DNA of 33,837 nt from Planctomycetota bacterium (GCA_030614245.1 JAUWKK010000001.1:1-33837); one strand, 5' to 3'. Numbered from the stretch's first letter, positions 15,312 through 25,355 are shown. Notes: a model not told the origin generated them from the sequence alone. Program-made: numbers and translations.

Positions 15312-16079
15312 TTATGGGACAGTCAGTGCGACGGCTCTATCTTCGGTAACCGCCACAGTATGTTCAAAATGAGCCGAAAGGCTCCCGTCAGTTGTAACGG
15401 CCGTCCAGCCGTTCTTGAGCGTCTTGACGCCGTAGTCGCCGGCGTTGACCATCGGCTCGATTGCGAGTGTCATTCCCTTTTCAAGGACGATGTCGCCGAG
15501 CTGCGATGTGACGTAGTTCGGCAGTTGCGGCTCTTCGTGCATCTTCTGGCCGATACCGTGTCCGGTGAACGCCCTGACAACGGAGAACCCGGCGCTCTCT
15601 ACGTGGTGCTGCATTTCTTTGGCCACCTGAAGCCACGTGACTCCAGGCCGCACCATCTTGACGGCCACTTCCAGTGCCTGCCGTGTCGTGTCGATCAGGC
15701 TGCGTGCGAGGTTGTCAATCGGCTTGACGGCGACGGTAATCGCCGCATCGCCGCAGTAGTTCTTGAGCCTGACGCCCATGTCAATGCTCAAGATGTCGCC
15801 GGTCTTCAGTTTTCGGCCATCCGGAATGCCATGCACGACCTCGTCGTTGAGCGATGCGCAGATGGCCGCAGGGAAGGCCGGTCTGCCGGCTGCGGCTCCA
15901 TAGCCCTTGAATATGGGCTCGCCGCCTGCCGAACGGAACAGTTCCTCGATGGCTGCATCGATCTCGAGCGAAGTCATGCCCGGCCTGGCCATTTTTCTGA
16001 CCAGGTCAAGGCCCTTCGCCACCAGCCTGCCCGCCTCCCTCATCCGCGCGATCGCCCGGCTGGATTTCAGAACGATCAA
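15312..16079 (-). CDS. map: Type I methionine aminopeptidase
   Basis: (M)IVLKSSRAIARMREAGRLVA matches the usual MAP N-terminus, and the metal-ligand blocks are present. I prefer the TTG at 16079. The ORF-track ATG at 16148 adds 23 aa encoded by a GC hairpin repeat. Confidence 0.93.
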   Translation of the reverse strand: MIVLKSSRAIARMREAGRLVAKGLDLVRKMARPGMTSLEIDAAIEELFRSAGGEPIFKGYGAAAGRPAFPAAICASLNDEVVHGIPDGRKLKTGDILSIDMGVRLKNYCGDAAITVAVKPIDNLARSLIDTTRQALEVAVKMVRPGVTWLQVAKEMQHHVESAGFSVVRAFTGHGIGQKMHEEPQLPNYVTSQLGDIVLEKGMTLAIEPMVNAGDYGVKTLKNGWTAVTTDGSLSAHFEHTVAVTEDRAVALTVP

Positions 16080-16100
16080 CCTGCGTATTCCCTTTCCAAA

Positions 16101-16120
16101 CCCGCCTGCCAGCGGGCAGG
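16101..16120. repeat. GC-rich hairpin motif (CCTGCCCGC..GGCGGG family), copy in the adk-map spacer
   Basis: The minus-strand reading is CCTGCCCGCTGGCAGGCGGG. The stem is CCTGCC/GGCAGG with a 4-nt loop. Confidence 0.35.
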
Positions 16121-16148
16121 GAGGGCAGAAGTGCTGGTTTCTTGTCAA

Positions 16149-16805
16149 TCAGGCGCTCGAGAGCACGTCGAGCTTCAATTCGATGGCATCGGCGAGGGCC
16201 TCCACTCCCTGGTCGCCGGGGATATCGATCAGTACGCCGGTGCCGCTGTAGTAATCGATGAGCGAGGCGGTCTGTTCGTGGTACTGCCTGAGCCGCTCTT
16301 CGACGCTCTCGGGGCGGTCGTCGGCCCGCTGGATGAGGCTGGCGCCGCAGTCGTCGCACTTGCCATCTTCCTTCGGCGGCATCCACAGAATGTGGTATCC
16401 TCTCTTGCATTGGGGGCAGAGTCGTCTGCCCGATAGGCGCTTTTCGCACACTTCATCGGGTGTGGCTATGTTTATGACCGCGTCGAGCCTGGTTCCCATG
16501 GCAGCGAGTATTCTATCGAGAGCTTCGGCCTGCGGAAGGGTTCTGGGGAAGCCGTCGAGCATGAAGCCGCCGGTGCAGTCGTCCTGCTTGAGACGCTCCT
16601 CGACGACGCCTATGACAACTTCGTCGGGCACGAGTTTGCCGGCGGACATGTATTCCTGCGCTTTCAGGCCCATACGTGTCCCGCTGTCCGAGGCAGCCCT
16701 GAAAACATCTCCGGTGGAGATGTGCGTGATGCGGCGTGCCTGGGCTATTTCTATTGCTTGTGTGCCCTTGCCGGCCCCTGGTGGTCCCAGGATTACTATT
16801 CTCAT
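16149..16805 (-). CDS. adk: Adenylate kinase, long form with 4-Cys zinc lid
   Basis: P-loop GPPGAGKGTQ. The lid is CPQC...CDDC. Confidence 0.97.
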   Translation of the reverse strand: MRIVILGPPGAGKGTQAIEIAQARRITHISTGDVFRAASDSGTRMGLKAQEYMSAGKLVPDEVVIGVVEERLKQDDCTGGFMLDGFPRTLPQAEALDRILAAMGTRLDAVINIATPDEVCEKRLSGRRLCPQCKRGYHILWMPPKEDGKCDDCGASLIQRADDRPESVEERLRQYHEQTASLIDYYSGTGVLIDIPGDQGVEALADAIELKLDVLSSA

Positions 16806-18217
16806 CTTCGCCCTTTCATCGTGTAGCCCTTGATGAAGCCATCGTAGTGCCTCATCAGCAGATGGGATTCGATCTTCTGGACGACGTCGAGTGCAACTCC
16901 GACGACGATCAGCAGGCCAGTGCCGCCATAGATGCTGGCCATCTGCCAGGGCAGATCAAGATGCTTGTAGGCTAATTGCGGAATTATCGCGACGGCAGCG
17001 AGGAAGGCTGCTCCTGCAAGCGTGATGCGTGTCATCAGTTTCTCGAGGTATTCGGCCGTTCGCTTGCCGGGGCGTATGCCGGGGACGAAATGGCCGTATT
17101 GCTTCCAGTCTTCGGCCATCTTGACGGGGTTGAACGCAACGGCCGTCCAGAAGAAGCAGAAGAAGAAGATGAGTGCGACATAGATCAGGATGTATCCGAA
17201 AGCGCCCATCTGGAGCTGTTCCGAGAGTAGTCTGAGAAAATTCCCCCAGTATGGATAATCCTGGGGTGCCCATTTGCCGGCTGCCGCTTCGATGAGCATC
17301 CCCGGGAACATCAGCAGCGACTGGGCGAAGATGATGGGGATGACGCCCGCGTGGTTGACGCGCAAGGGCATGTAGTGTTTCTGGCCGCCGTAGACGCGCC
17401 TGCCACGGGTCTGCTTGGCGGGCTGGATGGTGATCTGCCGCTGGCCCTGCTGGATGACGATGACAGCTATGACCACTGCGACGTACATTGCTATCAGCAG
17501 TGCCAGCATAATGAGGCCGTGCTCGCCTTCCGGTGGGCGGATGACGAGGCGGAACCTCGTTTGCACCATTTGCATCATCGCAACTGGCATTCTGGACACT
17601 ATGCCGGCCATGATGATCAGTGAGATACCGCTTCCGATGCCGTATTCGTCGATCTGTTCGCCCAGCCACATGAGGAAGATCGTGCCGGTTGTCAGCGTTA
17701 TCACGGCTTTAATGATGAAGCCGGCACCTGGATTCGTTACGATCGACATATCCTGGTATTTCAGCCCCAGTATCCAGTTTGCTGTTGTGTATCCCCAGAC
17801 CAGGCAGAGTACGACGGTGGCGTATCGCGTGTATTGGTTGATCTTCTTTCTGCCGGCTTCCCCTTCCTTGCTGAGTTCCTCGAGGAAAGGTACGACCGTG
17901 GTGAGCAACTGGAAGATAATGCTGGCGCTGATGTAGGGCATTATTCCCAGTGCAAAGAGTCCGCACTTGCCGAGTGCTCCGCCGGAGAACATGTTGACGA
18001 TGGCGAAAGCTCGCCCTAGGGGGGAATCCCCGCCGCCTTCTCTTTCTGCCGCCTCTTCGAGCACATGGGCCAGCCGCTCGCCGTTGATGCCGGGGATCGT
18101 GACATAGATGCCGATGCGAAAGACGGACAGCAGCAGCAGGGTGATGATGATCTTCCGGCGCAGTTCCGGTATGCGAAACATGTTCGTCAGCGATTTAGTG
18201 AAGGAAAGAAGCATCAT
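16802..18217 (-). CDS. secY: Preprotein translocase subunit SecY
   Basis: 471 aa, 10 predicted transmembrane segments; GIMPYISASII and GGTGLLIVVGV blocks. It overlaps the adk start and the rplO stop by 4 nt each. Confidence 0.97.
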   Translation of the reverse strand: MMLLSFTKSLTNMFRIPELRRKIIITLLLLSVFRIGIYVTIPGINGERLAHVLEEAAEREGGGDSPLGRAFAIVNMFSGGALGKCGLFALGIMPYISASIIFQLLTTVVPFLEELSKEGEAGRKKINQYTRYATVVLCLVWGYTTANWILGLKYQDMSIVTNPGAGFIIKAVITLTTGTIFLMWLGEQIDEYGIGSGISLIIMAGIVSRMPVAMMQMVQTRFRLVIRPPEGEHGLIMLALLIAMYVAVVIAVIVIQQGQRQITIQPAKQTRGRRVYGGQKHYMPLRVNHAGVIPIIFAQSLLMFPGMLIEAAAGKWAPQDYPYWGNFLRLLSEQLQMGAFGYILIYVALIFFFCFFWTAVAFNPVKMAEDWKQYGHFVPGIRPGKRTAEYLEKLMTRITLAGAAFLAAVAIIPQLAYKHLDLPWQMASIYGGTGLLIVVGVALDVVQKIESHLLMRHYDGFIKGYTMKGRR

Positions 18218-18678
18218 TCATCCTTGGTCGTTCTGTTGATAACCTCTACAGAGCCGCCGGCATTCTGGATTCTCTGAACGGCGGTCTGGCTGAAATGATG
18301 GGCCTTGACGACGAGCTTCTTCGTCAATTCGCCGTCTCCCAGGACTTTCACGCCATCCAGCATCTTCCTGATGACTCCCCGCTTGATGAGGAATTCGGGG
18401 TTGACCTCGGTGCCATCGGGCAGTTGATTGAGCCGCCCGACATTGACGATGGAGTAAACTTTGCGGTGGCGTGCATTGTTGAATCCGCGCTTGGGCAGCC
18501 GCATGAACAGCGGCGTCTGGCCGCCCTGGTATAGCAGCTTGATGCCGTTGCCGCTTCTCTGTCCTTCGCCGCGCATGCCGCGTGTGCTGGTCTTGCCGCG
18601 GCCGGAAGCGCGTCCGCGCCCGACTCTGCGCCTTCTACTGCGCTTGAAAGGTGTTGATTTGACGTCAGATAGGTTCAT
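18214..18678 (-). CDS. rplO: 50S ribosomal protein L15
   Basis: 154 aa; [17 protein letters not shown] and LPKRGF. Confidence 0.96.
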   Translation of the reverse strand: MNLSDVKSTPFKRSRRRRVGRGRASGRGKTSTRGMRGEGQRSGNGIKLLYQGGQTPLFMRLPKRGFNNARHRKVYSIVNVGRLNQLPDGTEVNPEFLIKRGVIRKMLDGVKVLGDGELTKKLVVKAHHFSQTAVQRIQNAGGSVEVINRTTKDE

Positions 18679-19172
18679 TCCAGTCTCACTCCCCTGAGCC
18701 GCTCGACTTGTTCGCGGCTTCGCAGGCTCATCAGCCCCCGCAAAGTAGCCTTGACGAGGTTCTTGTGGTTGTTTTTGCCGAAAGACTTACTGAGGATGTT
18801 CTTCACGCCTGCGGCTTCTACGACTGCTCTGACGGCGGCTCCTGCGATCACGCCGGTGCCTTTGGAGGCCGGGCGCAGCAGCACTTTTGACGCGCCGAAC
18901 TCGCCTGTCACCTCGTGTGGCAAGGTGCCATCGAGAATTGGCACCTCGACGATGTGCTTGTTGGCGTCTTTTACGCCTTTCTCGACTGCGAGGGGCACCT
19001 CGTTGGCCTTGCCGTAGCCAACGCCTACGCGGCCGTTGCCGTCACCAACTACCACAAGAGCCGAAAAGCTGAACTTGCGCCCACCCTTGACGACCTTCTG
19101 GCAGCGGTAGATTTTAACGACCGTCTCCTGCAGTTCGCCTTCTCTTGGTTCTTCGTTAAAATGCTGTCGCAA
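18675..19172 (-). CDS. rpsE: 30S ribosomal protein S5
   Basis: 165 aa; [36 protein letters not shown] start with AGGAG upstream. Confidence 0.96.
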   Translation of the reverse strand: MRQHFNEEPREGELQETVVKIYRCQKVVKGGRKFSFSALVVVGDGNGRVGVGYGKANEVPLAVEKGVKDANKHIVEVPILDGTLPHEVTGEFGASKVLLRPASKGTGVIAGAAVRAVVEAAGVKNILSKSFGKNNHKNLVKATLRGLMSLRSREQVERLRGVRLE

Positions 19173-19232
19173 GGTTTTTTGTCTCCTGCGGGGCTCGAAT
19201 AGAATCGTGCTCCGGTATCAGTCAGCCAGCCG

Positions 19233-19601
19233 CTAAAGTTTGAGGCCTGCCTCGCGGGCAGCCTCTGTGAAGGCCTTGACTCTTCCATGGAACTTGTATC
19301 CGCCGCGGTCGATTACGGCGGTGGTGATGCCTTTTTCATGTGCCAGTTCGGCCAGGGCTTTGCCCAGGAGTTTCGCCGCGGCGATGTTGCCTCCGTAGCC
19401 CACCTGCCCGCGAATTGCCGGCGAAACCGTTGACAGTGACGCTATTGTCGTGCAGGACACATCGTCGATGAACTGGCAGTTGATGTTCCTGTTGCCGCGA
19501 AAGATGGAGAGCCTGGGCTTCTCGGGCGTACCGTTGACTCTCTTGCGGATATGCCGGCGCCTCCGCAGTCGGCGTTTACGTTTTTGAATATTCGGGTCCA
19601 T
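19233..19601 (-). CDS. rplR: 50S ribosomal protein L18
   Basis: 122 aa; PRLSIFRGNRNINCQFIDD and DRGGYKFHGRVKAFTEAAREAGL. Confidence 0.96.
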   Translation of the reverse strand: MDPNIQKRKRRLRRRRHIRKRVNGTPEKPRLSIFRGNRNINCQFIDDVSCTTIASLSTVSPAIRGQVGYGGNIAAAKLLGKALAELAHEKGITTAVIDRGGYKFHGRVKAFTEAAREAGLKL

Positions 19602-19610
19602 CTATCTGCA

Positions 19611-20192
19611 TCAGCCTCCAGCGCCGAATCTCTTGCCCGCCTTGCGGCGAATGTGTTCATTGGCGTATCGAACACCCTTTCCCTGATACGGTTCCGGCCG
19701 CCGGCTCGAGCGTATGCTGGCGGCCAACTGGCCGACCATCTGCTTGTCCGGTCCCGAGCCCGTTAAGATGGCCATAGGTATCGAACGAGAACCGCTGGGG
19801 AGCGATCCGGACGTGATATCTGACACTTCTATCCCTTTCGGGATTTCGAACAGGACGTCGTGGGCGTAGCCCACTTGCACTGACAGCTTGTTGCCCTGCT
19901 TCTTGGCGCCGTAGCCTACGCCCACCCCCCAGAGCGTCTTTGAATAGCCGTGCATCACGCCGATGACCATGTTGTTGGCGAGGCTGCGAATGAGGCCGTG
20001 TAGAGCCCGTGACTGGCGCGTATCGCCCTTGCGCTCGACGCGCAGTCGCTTGTCTTCGACGATCACATTGATGCCATCGGGGACCGCCTGATGCAGCTTG
20101 CCCTTGGGGCCTTCTATGGTCAGTTCTCCGTCTCTGAACTCGGCCTTTACGCTGCCGGGCAGTTCGACTGGAAGCCTGCCTATCCTCGACAT
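19611..20192 (-). CDS. rplF: 50S ribosomal protein L6
   Basis: 193 aa; MSRIGRLPVELP and EPYQGKGVRY. Confidence 0.96.
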   Translation of the reverse strand: MSRIGRLPVELPGSVKAEFRDGELTIEGPKGKLHQAVPDGINVIVEDKRLRVERKGDTRQSRALHGLIRSLANNMVIGVMHGYSKTLWGVGVGYGAKKQGNKLSVQVGYAHDVLFEIPKGIEVSDITSGSLPSGSRSIPMAILTGSGPDKQMVGQLAASIRSSRRPEPYQGKGVRYANEHIRRKAGKRFGAGG

Positions 20193-20210
20193 CGCGGTCT
20201 CCTGTGTCTG

Positions 20211-20609
20211 CTACCATATCTCGCAAAGGACTTCGCCGCCGACGTTGTGCTTGCGGCATTCCCGGTCGCTCAGGATGCCTTGCGGTGTCGAGCCGACGTA
20301 GATGCCCAATCCGTTGAGCACCGGGCGAAGCTCTTTGCACTGCCGATAGATGCGCCTGCTGGGTTTTGACACCCGCCTGATCCGACGGATTACCAGCTCG
20401 CCTTCGGGTCCGTACTTGAGGTAGATGCGTATCCCACCGAAGCGCATGTCGGTGAGGAACTTAACGTTTTCTATGAAGCCCTCGCGCAGAAGCACTCGAG
20501 CGACTTCTTTCTTGACTTTCGACTCCGGGATGTCCACCGACTCTTTTTCCGCGGCCATTGCGTTTCGAATGCGGGTGAGCATGTCGGCGATCGGGTCAGT
20601 CATTGTCAT
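20211..20609 (-). CDS. rpsH: 30S ribosomal protein S8
   Basis: 132 aa; DPIADMLTRIRNA and GGEVLCEIW. Confidence 0.97.
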   Translation of the reverse strand: MTMTDPIADMLTRIRNAMAAEKESVDIPESKVKKEVARVLLREGFIENVKFLTDMRFGGIRIYLKYGPEGELVIRRIRRVSKPSRRIYRQCKELRPVLNGLGIYVGSTPQGILSDRECRKHNVGGEVLCEIW

Positions 20610-20636
20610 CGATAGCAGCTCCGATGTAAAAGCGTC

Positions 20637-20822
20637 CTACCAGCTTGCCTTTCGTACGCCGGGTATCTCGCCGCGTGATGCCAGGACACGGAAGCATATT
20701 CGACAGATACGGAACTTCCGCATATATCCCCTCGACCGCCCGCACAGCAGGCACCGGTTGTGTTGGCGCACTTTGAATTTGGGCTTGCGGATGGATTTTT
20801 CGATCAAACACTTGCGTGCCAT
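20637..20822 (-). CDS. rpsN: 30S ribosomal protein S14, short zinc-binding type Z
   Basis: 61 aa; [22 protein letters not shown]. Confidence 0.96.
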   Translation of the reverse strand: MARKCLIEKSIRKPKFKVRQHNRCLLCGRSRGYMRKFRICRICFRVLASRGEIPGVRKASW

Positions 20823-20852
20823 TCAGTTCTATCCTCTCTCGAGCTTCTCAGC

Positions 20853-20867
20853 CCTGCCCGGCGGGCA
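20853..20867. repeat. GC-rich hairpin motif (CCTGCCCG..GGGCA), copy in the 96-nt rplE-rpsN spacer
   Basis: CCTGCCCGGCGGGCA has the stem TGCCC/GGGCA. A second adjacent hairpin, CTTGC..GCGG-AATC-CCGC-GCAAG, is seen on the mRNA strand. Confidence 0.35.
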
Positions 20868-20918
20868 CGCTTGCGCGGGATTCCGCCCTGCAAGCCTGTG
20901 TTGTTTCCCTCTCGGCAC

Positions 20919-21464
20919 TCAGTCTCTTGTGGCGAACGGCATTCCGAAGAGGGTCAGGAGTTCGCGGCATTCTTCGTCTGTCTTCGCGGTCGTTACCAGC
21001 GTGACGTCCATACCCTGGACGAACTCCATCCGGTCGGCATCCACTTCGGGAAAGACCGACTGCTCGGCGACTCCCATCGAGTAGTTTCCGGTTCCATCGA
21101 AGGCCTTGTCGGAGACGCCGCGGAAGTCGCGAAATCGCGGTATTGCGACGTTGATGAGCCGGTCGAGGAACTCGTACATTCTTTCGCGCCGCAATGTGAC
21201 CTTGCAGCCGATGGGGTTGTCCTCGCGAAGTTTGAATCCGGCGATGGACTTCTTTGCCTTGCGCATCATGGGCTTTTGTCCTGTGATGCGCGCCAGATCC
21301 TTCATTGCATCGTCGAGTCGGTTCTTGTTTTCCAATGCCGAGCCCACGCCCATGTTCACGACGATCTTCTTGAGTCTGGGTACCGACAAGGCATTGGAGT
21401 ACCCGAACTTTTTCATCATCGCGGGGGCGATTTCTGCTGCATATTGTTCTTTCAGTCGAGCCAT
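20919..21464 (-). CDS. rplE: 50S ribosomal protein L5
   Basis: 181 aa from the ATG at 21464 ([22 protein letters not shown]). The ORF-track start at 21800 runs through rplX in another frame and is rejected. Confidence 0.96.
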   Translation of the reverse strand: MARLKEQYAAEIAPAMMKKFGYSNALSVPRLKKIVVNMGVGSALENKNRLDDAMKDLARITGQKPMMRKAKKSIAGFKLREDNPIGCKVTLRRERMYEFLDRLINVAIPRFRDFRGVSDKAFDGTGNYSMGVAEQSVFPEVDADRMEFVQGMDVTLVTTAKTDEECRELLTLFGMPFATRD

Positions 21465-21517
21465 CGTATCCAGTTTTGCTCCATGCCGCTGTGTTGTTGC
21501 AGCCTGAACGGTCGCGC

Positions 21518-21898
21518 TCAGGCGGCTCCGATCATCCCACCGCATCTGGCGCAGACTCGCACGCGTTTTCCTTCTTCGTTGCGGAGGGTCTTGACGCGGA
21601 CTCCTCGGTCGCATCTGCTGCAGTAGGGCTGCACGTTTGAGATGCTGACGACGCTTTCCTTCTGCAGGCGGCCTCCGCGCGGGTTGTCCCGATCCGGCCT
21701 GATGTGCTTGTAGCGGTAATTCACGCCTTCGACGACGACCTTGCCCGATTCGGGGTAGACGGCCAGCACCTTGGCTTTGTCGCCGCGGCCGGTGGCCCAC
21801 TTGCTTCGTGCTGCTTCGTCGCGGCTCTCGTCAACTCCGCGGCATGCGGTGATGTCTTTGAGCAGGACAACTATGTCGTTCTTGCGGATGTGTCGCAT
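21518..21898 (-). CDS. rplX: 50S ribosomal protein L24, variant with KOW-region insertion and C-terminal Cys4 motif
   Basis: [13 protein letters not shown]...[23 protein letters not shown]-terminus CSRC...CARCG. ATG at 21898 with GGGAG 9 nt upstream. The TTG at 21919 overlaps the rplN stop. Confidence 0.92.
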   Translation of the reverse strand: MRHIRKNDIVVLLKDITACRGVDESRDEAARSKWATGRGDKAKVLAVYPESGKVVVEGVNYRYKHIRPDRDNPRGGRLQKESVVSISNVQPYCSRCDRGVRVKTLRNEEGKRVRVCARCGGMIGAA

Positions 21899-21915
21899 TT
21901 CCTGTCGCTCCCGTC

Positions 21916-22284
21916 TCAAACCACTTCGGTGGCGAGGGAGATGATCTTTATGTATTTCTTCCCCCTGAGTTCGCGCGCGACGGCGCCGAAGATTCTTGTA
22001 CCTCTCGGGTTGCCGTCGGCATCAATAATGACTATAGCGTTCCGGTCGAATCGCACGTATGAGCCGTCGGGCCTTCGGATGGGCTTCGCCGTGCGGACGA
22101 TGACTCCCCTGACGATCTCGCCTTCCTTGACGGCGCCTCCCGGCATGGCCTTCTTGATGGTGGCGACGATGATGTCGCCGATTCTGCCGTACCGCTTGCG
22201 GCTGCCTCCGAGCACCTTGATGCACATTGCCTTTTTGGCGCCGGAGTTGTCCGCTACGTCGACAATCGTCTGCATCTGGATCAT
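21916..22284 (-). CDS. rplN: 50S ribosomal protein L14
   Basis: 122 aa; [18 protein letters not shown]. Confidence 0.98.
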   Translation of the reverse strand: MIQMQTIVDVADNSGAKKAMCIKVLGGSRKRYGRIGDIIVATIKKAMPGGAVKEGEIVRGVIVRTAKPIRRPDGSYVRFDRNAIVIIDADGNPRGTRIFGAVARELRGKKYIKIISLATEVV

Positions 22285-22568
22285 TGCGAGGGCATCTCCC
22301 GGCCGGTTTCTTCCGGTCCCTGTTTAATGATATCGACGAGCCGCCAGTGCTTCGTGCGGCTCAGCGGCCTCGTCTCCATTATCCGCACTTGCGCTCCGGT
22401 GAGGGCCCGGTTCTCGGGATCATGGGCCTTGTAAACCGTGGCCGCCCGGATGTATTTCCCGTAGAGTGGGTGTCTGACCCGGCGCTCCACCAGCACGCTG
22501 ATGGTCTTGTCCATCTTGTTGCTCGTCACGACGCCGATGACTGTTTTCCTGTTGCCTCTTGGCTTCAT
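22281..22568 (-). CDS. rpsQ: 30S ribosomal protein S17
   Basis: 95 aa from the ATG at 22568 ([38 protein letters not shown]). The ORF-track start at 22904 is an out-of-gene extension. Confidence 0.95.
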   Translation of the reverse strand: MKPRGNRKTVIGVVTSNKMDKTISVLVERRVRHPLYGKYIRAATVYKAHDPENRALTGAQVRIMETRPLSRTKHWRLVDIIKQGPEETGREMPSQ

Positions 22569-22768
22569 TTGTTCAATGCCTCGTTCTCGCGCTCGCGCAT
22601 TATGGTCTTGATGCGAGCGATATTCCTGCGCGCTTTTGAGAGTTCCGAAGGGCTGTCGATCTTCTGGCTCTGGCTGCGGAACCTCAGGTTGAACACCTCG
22701 CGTATGTTGTCTTGCAGTTCGCTGGCCAGTTCCTGGTCCGACAGGCCGCGTAGTTGTGCTGGTCTCAA
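22565..22768 (-). CDS. rpmC: 50S ribosomal protein L29
   Basis: 67 aa; [25 protein letters not shown]. Confidence 0.95.
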   Translation of the reverse strand: MRPAQLRGLSDQELASELQDNIREVFNLRFRSQSQKIDSPSELSKARRNIARIKTIMRERENEALNK

Positions 22769-23184
22769 TGCAATCGTCTCCTTCGAACGAACCTGACCCG
22801 GATTCCGAGCTTGTGAGCAGTTCGGTTGAGCGCCTGGCGTGCCAGGTCTTCGTCGAGGCCGGCGATCTCGTACAGGATGGTCCCCGGCCTGACAACGGCG
22901 ACATGGTAATCCACCTCGCCCTTGCCCTTGCCCATCCGCACTTCAGCCGGTTTGGAAGTGACGGGCTTGTGTGGAAAGATGCGTATCCACAATTTGCCTT
23001 CTCTCGACATGAAGTGCGTTGCGGCGATACGTCCGGCCTCTATCTGGCGAGCGGTGACCCATCCGGCTTCGAGTGCCTGGAGGCCATAGTCGCCAAAGGC
23101 TACGTAGTTGCCCCGGGTCGCGTTGCCTTTCACCCTGCCGCGCATCCATTTGCGATGCTTAAAGCGCTTGGGCATCAGGGGCAT
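22765..23184 (-). CDS. rplP: 50S ribosomal protein L16
   Basis: 139 aa; [12 protein letters not shown] and RMGKGKG. AAGGAG lies 7 nt upstream. It overlaps the rpsC 3' end by 26 nt. Confidence 0.96.
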   Translation of the reverse strand: MPLMPKRFKHRKWMRGRVKGNATRGNYVAFGDYGLQALEAGWVTARQIEAGRIAATHFMSREGKLWIRIFPHKPVTSKPAEVRMGKGKGEVDYHVAVVRPGTILYEIAGLDEDLARQALNRTAHKLGIRVRFVRRRRLH

Positions 23185-23827
23185 GCGCCTGCTCCTTCTC
23201 GCTTAATTTCTGGCCCTTGTATATCCAGACTTTCACTCCGAGCGTCCCATATGTGGTGGGGGCGTGGGTGAAGCCGTAGTCGACCAGGGCCCGGAGCGTA
23301 TGCAGGGGTATCCGGCCCAGCTTCTGCTGCTCGCGGCGCGACATCTCGGCGCCGCCCAGACGGCCCGAAACGATTATCTTCACTCCCTCAGCGCCCCTTT
23401 GCATTGCCGAGTCGCACGCTTTCTTCATTGCTCTGCGGACCGGTGCGCGTTTCCCGAGCTGTTCCGAGATGTCTTCGGCCACGAGTTGGGCGCTCATTTC
23501 CGGATCCGTGACCTCCTTGATGTTTATCGAGACTTGGCGCTCTGTGAGCGTATTGAGCTCGTCGCGAAGCTTGTCCACCTCTGCGCCACGCCGGCCGATG
23601 ATTATGCCCGGGCGTGCCGAGTGCAGGGTCACGTGCACCTTGTCGCGGGTGCGCTCGATGTCGATCCGTGAGATACCCGCAAACTTGTAGTTTTTCTTGA
23701 TGTAACTGCGTATCTTCTGGTCTTCCACCAGCAAGAAGCCGAAGTTCTTCTTGTCGGCGTACCAATTCGATCGCCAGGTCTCGACGATGCCGAGGCGTAT
23801 CGAGGTGGGATGAACTTTTTGACCCAT
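23159..23827 (-). CDS. rpsC: 30S ribosomal protein S3
   Basis: 222 aa from the ATG at 23827 (MGQKVHPTSIRLGI), with AGGAG 5 nt upstream. The ORF-track start at 23887 overlaps rplV. Confidence 0.96.
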   Translation of the reverse strand: MGQKVHPTSIRLGIVETWRSNWYADKKNFGFLLVEDQKIRSYIKKNYKFAGISRIDIERTRDKVHVTLHSARPGIIIGRRGAEVDKLRDELNTLTERQVSINIKEVTDPEMSAQLVAEDISEQLGKRAPVRRAMKKACDSAMQRGAEGVKIIVSGRLGGAEMSRREQQKLGRIPLHTLRALVDYGFTHAPTTYGTLGVKVWIYKGQKLSEKEQAHAPDAQAL

Positions 23828-23853
23828 AGCGGCTCCTGCCTCTTCGTTTTGCC

Positions 23854-24189
23854 CTAATCGTCGGATATGACGATAGTTATGTGACACGAGGGCTTCCTGA
23901 TCTGTCCCATTCCGCCGCGTGCTCTCGGGCGGTATCGCTTGAGCACCGGCCCGCGCCCTACATGCGCCTCGGCAATGCGGAAATCATCTTCGTCCAGCCC
24001 CGGATCAACCTGCTGGGCGTTCGCCCACGCCGAACAGATCACCTTGTCGATGAACTTCGAGGCGCGCTTCGGCGTATTGCGAAGGGCGTTCAAAGCGTCG
24101 TTGACGGTAAGGTCCCGGACTATTCCGATTACCGACCGGGCCTTCGTCGGCGATATCCGGGCGAATCTATGCACTGCTCTGAATCGCAT
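23854..24189 (-). CDS. rplV: 50S ribosomal protein L22
   Basis: 111 aa; ARISPTKARSVIGIVRDLTVNDAL. Confidence 0.96.
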   Translation of the reverse strand: MRFRAVHRFARISPTKARSVIGIVRDLTVNDALNALRNTPKRASKFIDKVICSAWANAQQVDPGLDEDDFRIAEAHVGRGPVLKRYRPRARGGMGQIRKPSCHITIVISDD

Positions 24190-24218
24190 TTGCGCTCCCT
24201 CGGTCCTGCCGCTGATCC

Positions 24219-24503
24219 TTACTTCTTCCGGGCGGCTTTGGCGGATCTGCCGCCGTGCGACCGGAATGTCCTGGTGGCTGCGAACTCGCCGAGTTTGTGA
24301 CCGACCATATTCTCGGTGATGTAGACATTGATGAATGTGCGGCCGTTATGCACCGTGAACGTATGGCCGACGAACTCAGGCACAATAGTGCATGCGCGCC
24401 GCCAGGTGCGAATCGGTTCGTGGCCGCCCGCCTCCCGCTGCCTGAGCACTTTGCGCATCAGCTTGACGTCAACGTATGGGCCTTTACGGATGCTCCGCGA
24501 CAT
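24219..24503 (-). CDS. rpsS: 30S ribosomal protein S19
   Basis: 94 aa; [12 protein letters not shown] and [13 protein letters not shown]. Confidence 0.97.
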   Translation of the reverse strand: MSRSIRKGPYVDVKLMRKVLRQREAGGHEPIRTWRRACTIVPEFVGHTFTVHNGRTFINVYITENMVGHKLGEFAATRTFRSHGGRSAKAARKK

Positions 24504-24521
24504 TTACGATCTCCTGTCTCT

Positions 24522-25355
24522 CTATTTCTTCGCCTTGCGGCGACGTACGATATACTTGTTGCTCATTTTCCGCTTCTTGCGGGTCTTGCCGCCCTTCGAC
24601 GGCTGGCCCCAGGGCGACATCGGATGCCGGCCGCCCGAGCGCCTGCCTTCTCCGCCGCCCATAGGATGAGCGACGGGGTTCATTGCACTGCCGCGAACGG
24701 TAGGCCTGATACCGAGCCAGCGCTTGCGGCCGGCCTTGCCGAGCGTGAGGGCCGAGTGTTCGGTGTTTCCCACTTGGCCAAGCGTGGCCCGGCAGTTCAA
24801 GTTGATCTTTCGAATCTCGCTCGAAGGGAGCATGACGAAAGCGTACTTGCCTTCCTTGGCCGTGACGGTGGCCGAGGTGCCCGCTCCACGGACCAGTGCG
24901 CCGCCCCTGCCGGGCTGAAGTTCGATGTTGTGAATTGCCATGCCCGGCGGCATGTTCTGCAATGGCATCGAGTTGCCCACTTCCGCTTCGACTTTTTCGC
25001 CCGAGATGACGGTCATGCCGACAGTCAGGCCCTTCGGGCAGAGGATATAGCGCTTCTCGCCGTCGGCGTAGTTCAAGAGGGCGATCCGTGCGTTGCGGTT
25101 GGGATCGTATTCGATCGATGCGACTTTCGCCGGGATGTCGAGCTTGTCGCGCTTGAAGTCGATCCTGCGATATGCGCGCTTCGCGCCGCCGCCTCGATGG
25201 CGGCAGGTGATCCGCCCGTTCGAGTTGCGGCCGGCCCTGCGCTTCTTCGGCTCGATCAGCGATTTCTCCGGCTTCTTCCTGGTCAGCTCGGAGAAGTCCG
25301 GCGATGTGCCGAATCGCCTTCCGGGGCTGGTTGGTTTAAATTCCTTCAGGGGCAC
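24522..25355 (-). CDS. rplB: 50S ribosomal protein L2
   Basis: 277 aa; [15 protein letters not shown] and [19 protein letters not shown]. Confidence 0.98.
   Translation of the reverse strand: MPLKEFKPTSPGRRFGTSPDFSELTRKKPEKSLIEPKKRRAGRNSNGRITCRHRGGGAKRAYRRIDFKRDKLDIPAKVASIEYDPNRNARIALLNYADGEKRYILCPKGLTVGMTVISGEKVEAEVGNSMPLQNMPPGMAIHNIELQPGRGGALVRGAGTSATVTAKEGKYAFVMLPSSEIRKINLNCRATLGQVGNTEHSALTLGKAGRKRWLGIRPTVRGSAMNPVAHPMGGGEGRRSGGRHPMSPWGQPSKGGKTRKKRKMSNKYIVRRRKAKK

Noticed and set aside
16026-16034. Another CCTGCCCGC 9-mer
   Set aside because: It lies inside the map coding sequence (MREAGRLV) and has no hairpin partner. I kept it as a caution on the significance of the GC-hairpin family.
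15285-16436. 383-aa plus-strand ORF across map and adk
   Set aside because: It is antisense to two unambiguous housekeeping genes and has shadow-ORF composition.
20823-20918. Possible 29-codon ORF (GTG overlapping the rplE stop) in the rplE-rpsN spacer
   Set aside because: It has no RBS, and its sequence is dominated by the GC hairpins. RNA structure explains it better.
21465-21800. 112-aa upstream extension of the rplE ORF. The rpsQ (to 22904), rpsC (to 23887), rpsG (to 30733) and rpmI (to 8732) ORFs have similar extensions.
   Set aside because: The extensions run through the neighbouring ribosomal protein genes in other frames. Canonical N-termini with good RBSs occur at the internal ATGs.
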